From the NCBI GenBank assembly GCA_002347685.1, contig DDWS01000004.1, forward strand, positions 64,360 to 128,359: a DNA stretch of 64,000 bases, written 5' to 3'. The DNA comes from Syntrophaceae bacterium UBA2280. GTDB lineage: Bacteria > Desulfobacterota > Syntrophia > Syntrophales > Smithellaceae. The position numbers were made by a program, and so were the translations under genes. Shown here piece after piece: positions 8,613 to 17,008 of this stretch; within the stretch, counting starts at the first letter, position 1, and every line of letters begins with the position of its first letter. The notes beneath the pieces are model-generated. The model worked only from the letters and a program-made list of their open reading frames with translations. It did not search any database and was not told the origin of the DNA.

Positions 8613-9812
8613 ATGCGAGAGTATAATTTATTGGAAAAATTAGTACAAGTGAGTCCTGGAATGGAAATATGGTGGGATTCATCACCCGTAATCTTCTCAA
8701 ACTGGTGTCAAAGACTATTGACCAAAGCGGGAGACGGCGATCGCGATACGCTGGAAGGCCAGTTCGGCCGAATGCTTAACTGCGAAAAGCCGGATGCATC
8801 TCTTTTCCGCGGAGTGACTACAAATCCTTCCTTATCCCTTCAAGCCATTAAGGACGATGAACCCTACTGGCAAGAGGTGACACGAGAATTGATCGGGAAG
8901 AACCCGGGGATAGATAAAGAGTCTCTCTTCTGGGTTCTTTATAAAGAAGTTGTCAGACGCGGTTCGGAAATGTTTCTGCCGCTGTTCGAAAAGACGAACT
9001 ATCGGCAAGGATATCTTTCCGGGCAGGTAGATCCCAGAAGCTCCTTCGACCGCGATGCAATGCTGAGGCAGGCACTAGAAATAGCCGCAATCAATCCCAA
9101 TGTCATGGTCAAAATCCCCGGTACGAAGGAAGGGTATGAAGTCATCGAAATTCTAACCGCTCAGGGGATTGCGACGAATAATACAGCATCCTTTATATTG
9201 CCGCAACTGATGGATTGCGCCCGTTCTGTGCAAAGAGGGTTGGAGACGGCAAGAAAAAACAAAGTTGACCTTTCACGCTGGCGATCGGTGATCACCCATA
9301 TGGAAGCACGTTTCGGGGATTTAGGCGGGCTGAGAAAATTTGGGGAAGAGAAAGGCATTGCACTTTCTGAATCGGACGTTCGCCTGGCAGAGTTGGCAAT
9401 CTTCAAGAAAGCTTACCGTCTGCTCAAAGAAGGACAATATTCTAGCAAGCTTCTTTCCTGCTCCCTGCGTTTAGGGCCGACCGTAGACGGGGTTTTACGG
9501 ATCTGGCATCTTGAGGAGAAAGCCGGCGCAAATATCGTAGTGACCTGTCCTCCTGCCTTTATAGATGAAATAATCAATTTCCCCAAACAGGAAAACATTA
9601 CTTTTGAAAAGGATCGTATTGACCACGAGATCCCCAAAGATGTGTTGGATAGATTGCTGAAGATCCCTTATTTCGAGCGGGCCTATGAGGAGGACGGCTA
9701 CAGCAGGGATGAGTATAACAGTCATCCGTCATTGGTGAAAACCGTGGAGGGCTTTTCTAAAGCAACCGATGAGATGATTGAATTTGTTGGAAAATGCCTT
9801 GGAAAAAGCTAA
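8613..9812 (+). CDS. transaldolase-family protein (long form; Gln at the usual catalytic-Glu position)
   Basis: It has the FRGVTTNPSL motif, a Schiff-base lysine context (VMVKIPGT) and ATNNTASF. A strong Shine-Dalgarno (GAAGGAGG) precedes it. Confidence 0.75.
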   Translation: MREYNLLEKLVQVSPGMEIWWDSSPVIFSNWCQRLLTKAGDGDRDTLEGQFGRMLNCEKPDASLFRGVTTNPSLSLQAIKDDEPYWQEVTRELIGKNPGIDKESLFWVLYKEVVRRGSEMFLPLFEKTNYRQGYLSGQVDPRSSFDRDAMLRQALEIAAINPNVMVKIPGTKEGYEVIEILTAQGIATNNTASFILPQLMDCARSVQRGLETARKNKVDLSRWRSVITHMEARFGDLGGLRKFGEEKGIALSESDVRLAELAIFKKAYRLLKEGQYSSKLLSCSLRLGPTVDGVLRIWHLEEKAGANIVVTCPPAFIDEIINFPKQENITFEKDRIDHEIPKDVLDRLLKIPYFERAYEEDGYSRDEYNSHPSLVKTVEGFSKATDEMIEFVGKCLGKS

Positions 9813-10299
9813 TATACATTACATCCGAGGATATCTCAAAGAGGATGAGTGGCGATATCCACGGCAGTATTTGAATATGGATAGGCTGACAAAAATGCGG
9901 TAATGGCGTGTACGCTTGGCTTACCGGCTACCGGATGGAGAGATGGATAAATCGAAAAATGTGAAAGATCCTTGACACTATACAACAGATTGAATATACA
10001 ATAATATTTATTATAATCGTCGCATTATCATTAGGTTTAAAAGGTGGCATCAAAATGATATCTTTGATCTCTAGATTCTCTTGATTGTTGAATATAATAA
10101 TGGAGCACACCAATATTTCCATGGTAATTAATAATAAGGATACACTGGAAGCGAATAAATACTATCGGACAACTCCAGCGCTGGATTCCTGGTACTTTTT
10201 TCCAAAGATGACGTTAATAAATTTCCGGGGATCGCTTTATTTACCTTTACGGGGGAACGAAATGAACACAAGAAGATCAAGAAAAACAGAGAGGCTGGT

Positions 10300-11028
10300 A
10301 TGATATACTCAAGAGGACATATCCCCTTATATTTTCAGTTATACTTGCAATTGAAACAAGAAATCACGATTGGTGACCGACCCCCGGGATCTACTCTGCC
10401 AAGTATCGATGAGCTAAATAAACAAACCGACATCAGTCATGGAATGATTCGTAAAGCTATGGGAATGCTTGAAGAGGAGGGTTTGGTTTTTCGAAAAACG
10501 CGTGTGGGAACTATAGTCAAAGAAAGCCCTAATCGAATTCTGTGGGTTCCTTCCTCATCTATAAAGGAGATTAGAGATCGTATGATGTCCGATAAAGTGG
10601 TTCCCTTATCAGCAGGCTGGGTCGATGTTCCGAATCATGTTTATATTGTTTTCCAGAACCATGAAAGTGCTTTTAAAAAAAAGCAGATTTATCAACTTCA
10701 TTTTCTGCTCATAGCAAAAGAGGATGAGCGAAGACGGAACCTTACAACTCTTTTTGTTCCGGCATGGCGCTATAAGGAAGTTGAGAAGACCAAGATGCAC
10801 AAACTTCCCATAAATACCGTTGTCAACGATTTGAACCTGGTAAAGATCAAACAGATCATTCGACCGTGGTTTTGTGATTCCGAAGCATCAAAGCATCTTG
10901 CAATACCGGAGGGTACGCCAATCTTTCATCGCACATTAATTGCTTTTCTTGCCGATGGCAGACCGTTGGGTATGCTTGAACAGATGGCGACCGTCTATGC
11001 CCTGGAAAGAGATATTGATATTCAATAG
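10300..11028 (+). CDS. GntR/HutC-family transcriptional regulator (wHTH + UTRA-like effector domain)
   Basis: The N-terminus (PLYFQLYLQLKQEI..G...PGSTLPSIDELNKQTDISHGMIRKAMGMLEEEGLVFRK.RVGTIV) fits the GntR wHTH. Confidence 0.8.
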   Translation: MIYSRGHIPLYFQLYLQLKQEITIGDRPPGSTLPSIDELNKQTDISHGMIRKAMGMLEEEGLVFRKTRVGTIVKESPNRILWVPSSSIKEIRDRMMSDKVVPLSAGWVDVPNHVYIVFQNHESAFKKKQIYQLHFLLIAKEDERRRNLTTLFVPAWRYKEVEKTKMHKLPINTVVNDLNLVKIKQIIRPWFCDSEASKHLAIPEGTPIFHRTLIAFLADGRPLGMLEQMATVYALERDIDIQ

Positions 11029-11242
11029 GTGTCTTTATCTTTTTGAATAGTAACATGTATAGACTGCACCCTCGGGGGTGGACAGATTGAATTCGGTCAG
11101 TTGGCCAGGGGTTTTGGTGTTTCTTGATACAGGATAGTGCAGAGAATGTTTATACCTGAATATTTTAAAATATTTCAAACTGTAATAGCTAGAGCCACAG
11201 ATTATAAAATTAGTACGCAGTAAACGCAACAGGCAAAGATAA

Positions 11243-12004
11243 ATGCGAATCGCTACAATTATGACAAGTATGCACAATACCGATAATTTGATCATAAGGG
11301 ACGTTCCCGTTACTTCTACGATTGTGCAATTAGATGATCATTCCATGGCAATCATCGACACCGGCATGGCCGACAATCCGGCGTTTGTCGAAAAACTGGC
11401 TGAAATGGGTTTTCAACCATCTGATTTTAGTCTTGTCATTAACACCCATCTCCACCCCGATCATATTGGCGGCAACAGGCTCTTCACGAATGCCCGAATC
11501 ATGATCAGCCAGAGGGAACTCGAATATCACAGATATTTGAATAAACTTATACTGCAATGCAATGACCCGGAAGCTTTATTGAGTCCAGCCTCTCATCCTC
11601 ATGTGAGTGCCAGGCCGGTGTTGTTCAGGCATCTGAAGGAATTGGCTGAGAGATACCCGGTCTCGGATTTGATTGGATATCCTGAATCGCTGGTATTCCT
11701 GGAGGACAACCACATGCCTCATAAAAACATTGGGTTCATATCGGTGCCAGGTCATTCGATTGATGACCATGCAGTAGTTTTGTATGGTCATACTACAAAG
11801 GTTTTGATAGCAGGCGACGCATTGATTCACCGTGATCTATGGCATCAGCAAACAATTCCACATATGAATTTTAGTGAGGATATGTTTCGCAGGAGCGCAA
11901 AGCAAATAACCGGATTTCCCGGGATCATTATTCCCGGACATGACCGTGCCTTTAATAATGCCGATGGAAAGTATGTGGAGATGAATGAGTTTATCCCCTT
12001 ATAA
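11243..12004 (+). CDS. MBL-fold metallo-hydrolase
   Basis: It has the HLHPDHIGG (HxHxDH) motif, and later VPGHS and GD.LIH. Confidence 0.8.
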   Translation: MRIATIMTSMHNTDNLIIRDVPVTSTIVQLDDHSMAIIDTGMADNPAFVEKLAEMGFQPSDFSLVINTHLHPDHIGGNRLFTNARIMISQRELEYHRYLNKLILQCNDPEALLSPASHPHVSARPVLFRHLKELAERYPVSDLIGYPESLVFLEDNHMPHKNIGFISVPGHSIDDHAVVLYGHTTKVLIAGDALIHRDLWHQQTIPHMNFSEDMFRRSAKQITGFPGIIIPGHDRAFNNADGKYVEMNEFIPL

Positions 12005-12031
12005 CAACGCATATCATATTTTGGAGATATT

Positions 12032-12952
12032 ATGGAACTCACAGTAAATACGATTATCGATTCTGAAAAATGCAACGGTTGCGGTTTATGTGTAAAGGTT
12101 TGCCCGCGTGAAACGCTTTCCTTGGTAAACGGTAAAGCCTGTGTTACGGGAAAAACGTCGAATAACTGTGGACATTGCGTTGCGGCGTGTCCGATGGATG
12201 CAGTGCGGGTAACGACCCTTGAACCGCTGCAATTTTCTTCATTCAACACTGAGAATGCCTGGATCAAACACGGAATGCCGGACATTGGTCAACTGGTTCA
12301 GCTTATGGCTTCGCGCCGCTCTTGTCGCAATTTTAAAATGAAACCGGTGGACAGAAGCATTTTGGAAGATTTGGTTACGATTGGGACCACGGCACCCACA
12401 GGGTCGAACAGTCAGGAATGGACTTTTACAATTTTGCCGGATAGAAGCCAAACAGAGAATTTAGGTGATCATGTCTTGAGCTACTTCCAAAAGCTTAACC
12501 GCATGGCACGGATCACTATGCTGCGCAAGGTATTAAGGTTCCTTGGAAAAGATGAGCTCGAGCGCTACTATAATAATTATTACGAGCGTAACGAAGAGCG
12601 TATTCGTAATTGGAAATCAAAGGAAAAGGATATGCTGTTCCATGGGGCCCAGGCTGTCATTTTGGTTGGTACAACTGAAGCAGCCGCTTGTCCGAAGGAA
12701 GACGCTCTCCTTGCAACCCAAAACATTCTGCTTGCCGCCCATGCCATGGGTCTTGGCACTTGTCTAATCGGCTTTGCTGTGATGGCGCTAACACGAGACC
12801 AGTCGATCTATAAGGCCCTTGGCCTGGGGTGCAAAGAGAGCATCCATTCAGCCATCGCAATAGGTTGGCCCAATGAGAAATATAACAAGATCATTTCGCG
12901 TAAAAAGATTAAACCTCTCTATTCCAGTATGGACCCCGTCCATTTTCTATAG
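12032..12952 (+). CDS. nitroreductase-family protein with an N-terminal 2x[4Fe-4S] ferredoxin domain
   Basis: It has CNGCGLCVKVCP and CGHCVAACP, then the nitroreductase-like RRSCRNF...AP.G.N.Q.W.F. Confidence 0.8.
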   Translation: MELTVNTIIDSEKCNGCGLCVKVCPRETLSLVNGKACVTGKTSNNCGHCVAACPMDAVRVTTLEPLQFSSFNTENAWIKHGMPDIGQLVQLMASRRSCRNFKMKPVDRSILEDLVTIGTTAPTGSNSQEWTFTILPDRSQTENLGDHVLSYFQKLNRMARITMLRKVLRFLGKDELERYYNNYYERNEERIRNWKSKEKDMLFHGAQAVILVGTTEAAACPKEDALLATQNILLAAHAMGLGTCLIGFAVMALTRDQSIYKALGLGCKESIHSAIAIGWPNEKYNKIISRKKIKPLYSSMDPVHFL

Positions 12953-13073
12953 GACAAGAGGTTAAATTGATATTCGAGTGGATTCGACTCAAATCAAACA
13001 GCGATCATTGGTGCATTCATGACCTTATCCCGAAATATATATCAGAAAAATAACATTGGGTCCAATAACGACT

Positions 13074-13721
13074 ATGTACACTGCATTCTTTGATCTAGAC
13101 CATACCATTCTTAATATTTCGACCGGGCGGATTATGTTCAGGGGCTCCTATGCACATAATCTTATAGGCAGGAAGGAAGTCGGCAAAGCCATCATCATGA
13201 TTATGCTCTATCGCATGGGCATTTTAAGCGCGGAATCGGCAATCGAACGCTGGTTAGGATGGTACAAGGGCATGACTGTCGAAATGATGCAACCCATAGC
13301 GGTCTATTCTGCTGATAAACTAAAATGTGCAATCCGTAACGATGCCCGCAGAGAGATAAAATATCACCGGGACAATGGTGCGCATACGGTAATCCTTTCC
13401 GCGTCAACAGCATATTTCTGCGATCAGGTTAAGACAGAACTTCAGATGGATGATATTATCTGTACTGAACTTGAAATCATTGATGATCGTTATACCGGTA
13501 GGATGAAGGGAAAATATTGTTATGGAACCGAAAAACTCGTCCGGGCCCGTCAATATTGCAAAGATAAGAAAATCAACATGGATGATGCTTTTTATTACGC
13601 AGATTCAATAGCTGATCTTCCGGTATTCGAGGCGGTTGGTGTTCCTGTATGCGTTACACCTGATAGAAAGCTAGAGAGGATTGCGTTGAAACGGGGATGG
13701 AAGATCGATATCTGGAAATAA
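13074..13721 (+). CDS. HAD-IB family hydrolase (SerB-like)
   Basis: It has AFFDLDHTIL (the DxDxT motif) and a late YADSIADLP. ATG 13074 is preferred over the TTG at 13056 given in the ORF track. Confidence 0.75.
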   Translation: MYTAFFDLDHTILNISTGRIMFRGSYAHNLIGRKEVGKAIIMIMLYRMGILSAESAIERWLGWYKGMTVEMMQPIAVYSADKLKCAIRNDARREIKYHRDNGAHTVILSASTAYFCDQVKTELQMDDIICTELEIIDDRYTGRMKGKYCYGTEKLVRARQYCKDKKINMDDAFYYADSIADLPVFEAVGVPVCVTPDRKLERIALKRGWKIDIWK

Positions 13722-13734
13722 ACGGAATCATAGA

Positions 13735-14350
13735 TTGGACTGCACCCTCAAAGTTGGACAAAACATATCAGAGTGGTTGGCAGGAACCCCGACTCCGGGA
13801 AACGGTAGAAAGGGACTTGCCATAAATATCCTAGACAAGCTGCCGATAGAATCCGGCGCCATTTACATCATGGATCGCGGTTATCTGGATTACGCACGTC
13901 TTTACAAACTGCATCAATCGGCAGCATACTTTGTTACACGCGCCAAGAACAACGCCAGATACCACCGGCGATATTATCAGAAGATCGACAAATCGTCCGG
14001 ACTCAAATCCGACCAGATCATTACGCGGCACGGTTATTATTCCAAGAAGGATTATCCCGAAAGACTCCGGCGAGTCGCTTATTACGACGAAAAGAAAAAC
14101 AAGATTCTGGTTTTCTTGACAAACAATTTCACGCTACCGGCACTAACGATCACAGAGATTTACCGCAAACGTTGGCAGATCGAGTTATTCTTCAAGTGGA
14201 TCAAACAGCATCTGCGAATCAAGACGTTTTTACGGCACATCCGAGAATGCGGTCAAAACACAAATCTGGATTTCTATCTCCGTTTATGTACTGGTTGCAA
14301 ACATCAAGAGACAGTTGAATCTGGAGCAGAGTCTCTATACAATTTTATGA
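13735..14350 (+). pseudogene. IS4-family DDE transposase remnant (5'-truncated, frameshifted, 3'-truncated)
   Basis: The core (IYIMDRGYLDYARLY...FVTRAKNN...YRKRWQIELFFKWIKQHLRIKTF) is a typical IS4/IS5-type DDE region. After the T5 run at 14227-14231 the conserved continuation FYGTSENAVKTQIWISISVYVLVANIKRQLNLEQSLYTIL is read in another frame. No N-terminal domain is present. Confidence 0.7.
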
Positions 14351-14558
14351 TGTCACCTTTAATACTGACCATTCCCATGTTTTCACCTCTTAATATAATT
14401 AAAAACTATCCCTAAGATACGTTTCGTGTATCAAATTATCGAGGAATGCTTATGAATAAAAACTTCCCCAGTAAAAAGATTCAGAGAGCTTGCTTTCAGG
14501 TCTAATTTCTTCTAACGGTTTTCTAACGGAATACCGTCAAAATGAGTTTATACGGCCT

Positions 14559-14605
14559 TACGGGGGTTAGTGGCATACTGCACATTTATACCAATAACCC
14601 CCGTA
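14559..14605. repeat. 11-bp inverted repeat (TACGGGGGTTA / TAACCCCCGTA) with a 25-nt loop
   Basis: Read directly from the sequence. It lies between the IS remnant and the tRNA fragment. Confidence 0.6.
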
Positions 14606-14668
14606 TATTCGCACATCTAGTATAGTTGATGTAAAATTGATTTTATGTTCATCCATCCTTTTCATTAA

Positions 14669-14714
14669 GCTCATAACCCAAAGGTCACAGGTTCAAATCC
14701 TGTCCCCGCTACCA
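14669..14714 (+). pseudogene. 3' half of tRNA-Met (anticodon loop CTCATAA to CCA end); the 5' half is absent
   Basis: The sequence GCTCATAACCCAAAGGTCACAGGTTCAAATCCTGTCCCCGCTACCA covers anticodon loop, variable loop, T-arm (ACAGG/TTCAAAT/CCTGT), acceptor 3' strand and CCA. No complementary acceptor 5' strand (AGCGGGG) or D-arm occurs upstream. Confidence 0.75.
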
Positions 14715-14720
14715 AATAAA

Positions 14721-14766
14721 ATAAGGGGGTTACCCAGTTAATGGTTAACCCCCTTATTTATATTTT
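14721..14766 (+). terminator. rho-independent terminator-like hairpin after the tRNA fragment
   Basis: ATAAGGGGGTTACC-cagttaat-GGTTAACCCCCTTAT is followed by a T-rich tail. Confidence 0.6.
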
Positions 14767-15019
14767 AAAATAATTTCCAACCTTCAGAATGAAATTGAGC
14801 ATAAAAGATGACAGCCCATTAGCCACACATTCACTGTGACAGATTGCGTTCCTTTTTTATCCATTTCGCGACTCTAGCTTAATATTTGGTACATGTTATA
14901 TTCTGAAGGCAGGTCACTCGGCCACTCTTCATTCTCACCTTTCACTCCCTGCCCCGACAATCAGAATGGTGCTTTGGAACAAGACCAGTTGGCGACTTTA
15001 GCTCAGAATGTGGGGAATT

Positions 15020-15724
15020 TTATGATTGCTTGCTTTGGCTTTTCTTCTTTTCTTTGGCCGTCTTGGATGGCGGACGACTCACTTCCTTTTTTGTTTTTCC
15101 CTCACGGAGGACGAATGCGGGGATAAGAATAAATTTCAGGGTTTCTTTGACTAGATCGATGTAACATTTTCGATCGAGTTTTAACATCAGACGAAAATAA
15201 TTTTCCCCGGAAATAAAGTTGTGCATTCCGTTCATGATGCTCATTACTTCCATCATGGCCCTGGGCGATGGATTTTTTGCGTCTTTTGCCAGGCCCATAG
15301 CATAAGCGATGTCGCCGCTGAATTCCGGCACTTTGAAATCAATGTCGACCTCGTTCCTTGTTTTGCTAAAATAGCGGAGCAGGACGAGGTTCGATATTTC
15401 CGGGTGGTCAAACAAATAATCCGTCATCATGTCGAGGGAGATGTTCATACGTTCTTCCAGGGAGCTGCCGTGGACGATTTTCTCCACCTTGAGAAGCTCT
15501 TTCCCCAGATCGTTGTTCACATCCATGACGACGGCTTCATAGAGGTCATTTTTATCGCCCCAGTGGTAGTGAAGGGTGGAAATGTCGATTCCCACTTCCT
15601 TGGCAATCATTCGGGTTGTCGTGCCGTGGAAGCCGTATTCACCAAAAATATGGCGGGCGGCTGTCAGGATCCTAGCTTTCATGGATTCGGGGTTTTTACG
15701 AGCCTTTTCAAGCGGTGATCTCAT
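15020..15724 (-). CDS. TetR/AcrR-family transcriptional regulator with a Lys/Ser-rich C-terminal tail
   Basis: The HTH region is ILTAARHIFGEYGFHGTTTRMIAKEVGIDISTLHYHWGDKNDLY. The start at 15724 (MRSPLEK) has a GAGGGAG Shine-Dalgarno; the longer ORF to 15793 is less likely. Confidence 0.85.
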   Translation of the reverse strand: MRSPLEKARKNPESMKARILTAARHIFGEYGFHGTTTRMIAKEVGIDISTLHYHWGDKNDLYEAVVMDVNNDLGKELLKVEKIVHGSSLEERMNISLDMMTDYLFDHPEISNLVLLRYFSKTRNEVDIDFKVPEFSGDIAYAMGLAKDAKNPSPRAMMEVMSIMNGMHNFISGENYFRLMLKLDRKCYIDLVKETLKFILIPAFVLREGKTKKEVSRPPSKTAKEKKKSQSKQS

Positions 15725-16063
15725 CACTTCACTCCCTCTTCTTTGGTTCCATTTTTTGATTGAACTGCTATTATAATAATTGTAAATCGTCAAGGATTTT
15801 TGATTTTGCCAAGACGTCAGGGGTTCATTCCGGCATGAGGTCTGGAGAAGGACCTGTCGCTCACCATGCGCTCGTGATACGCATTCAAATGAAATGTCTG
15901 CGTGTCACGTACGACAGGCTGATTTCTTTAAAAACCTGATACGACACCCTCGTTGACCGCCTATGTGCTTTTAGAGATACATTTTCCACGGAAGGCATAA
16001 GAACGTCTCACTGCTTCGCGCGCCATTTTCATAACAACTGTAAAAGTTGCTCACCTGAAAATA

Positions 16064-16411
16064 TCATCCTTTGGAAAAATTGATCTGCGAGTATGGGTAG
16101 CGTGCATGCAGGAGAGCCCTGATTGCCGCCTGTATTTGTTGATCGATGATGGGTTCTACTTCGCTGACCGGCTTTCCCTGTGCGTCAATTTTCGTCTTCC
16201 AGGAATGAAGGTAACCGGGGATAAAAAGGAACCGGCATCCGGTGCGCCCGCAACAAGAGTTGTCAACAGTCGCAACCCCCAGAAGATAGAGATATTCTTT
16301 TCCGCTGTGCGTCAGACGTCCTTCTTCGACGATTTCGTAATGACCCGCAATGAATTGCACTTCTTCCCCGATTTCGTGATGCGTGTAGTTCTCCATCCTA
16401 TGCTTCCTCAC
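16064..16411 (-). CDS. hypothetical small protein with an SCCGxxGC motif
   Basis: It is an intact 110-115 codon ORF. A good Shine-Dalgarno (GAGGAAG) precedes the ATG at 16396. I recognise no family. Confidence 0.5.
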   Translation of the reverse strand: MRKHRMENYTHHEIGEEVQFIAGHYEIVEEGRLTHSGKEYLYLLGVATVDNSCCGRTGCRFLFIPGYLHSWKTKIDAQGKPVSEVEPIIDQQIQAAIRALLHARYPYSQINFSKG

Positions 16412-16679
16412 ATCTTTTTGCTGTATACCTTCGCTTTTTTATGCATGAAAGAAACAAAATACCGCTCGCGTATGTCAAGTTTGCCGACGCTCGTCTTGAG
16501 CTGAGCTTCATGTGCATGACGAAGTCGCCAGGATTTCGCCGTTCTATTTTCAGGGATTCCTGGATGCTTTGATCGTTGTCTGCGGAATATCCGCCGTTGG
16601 AAAGACACAGTCCGGCAGCCCGCTATTTTTCCGTCATGCAGGCCTGTAACGGCCGACTCTAGATCCCGGAATGATTCTG

Positions 16680-16693
16680 ATCCATTAATGGAT
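16680..16693. promoter_or_regulatory. perfect 14-bp palindrome ATCCATTAATGGAT (operator candidate)
   Basis: Read directly from the intergenic DNA upstream of the acyl-CoA locus. Confidence 0.35.
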
Positions 16694-16752
16694 TCCCGGT
16701 TTCTGTGATGTTTCTTCTAGGAAAAAATGTCAACATATTATATCATATGTTT

Positions 16753-16766
16753 CAATCAATTGATTG
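16753..16766. promoter_or_regulatory. perfect 14-bp palindrome CAATCAATTGATTG (TetR-type operator candidate)
   Basis: Read directly from the sequence. The half-site TTGATTG recurs at 15756-15762, just upstream of the intact TetR gene. Confidence 0.4.
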
Positions 16767-17008
16767 TGTCAATATGTTAATTCCTGTAAAAAGTCAAGAG
16801 GGTTTCTTTAAGGGGGAGCCTTGCTGCTGACGCAATGGTGATATAAATGCAGGATGTCTTGCGTCCCTGCAGGGATATGCTTTAAAATTACCAATAATTA
16901 CTGCGTAATGGATCATAACAGCCATTTCTTGAAAAAATATCTTGACAAAAAATGAATTTCGAAATAATAAGTCCATCAAATGATGGAATTGTTGGATTGA
17001 ACTAATAT

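Noticed and set aside
9829-9860. A terminator hairpin after the transaldolase-family gene (GGATATC...GATATCC).
   Set aside because: It has only a 7-bp AT-containing stem, an 18-nt loop and no U-tract, so it is too weak to call.
10085-10303. 72-aa ORF ending in an ATGA overlap with the GntR start codon, which looks like translational coupling.
   Set aside because: It has a TTG start, no Shine-Dalgarno, very AT-rich low-complexity sequence and no recognisable family. It is kept only as a weak possibility, not called as a gene.
14452-14514. A mini-ORF (MNKNFPSKKIQRACFQV) and a TTCTAACGG direct repeat in the IS/tRNA junk region.
   Set aside because: It has no Shine-Dalgarno or conservation signal and lies in clearly degraded mobile-element DNA.
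14620-14714. A complete tRNA gene.
   Set aside because: Only the 3' half is present. Upstream DNA provides no D-arm and no strand complementary to the acceptor 3' sequence CCCCGCT.
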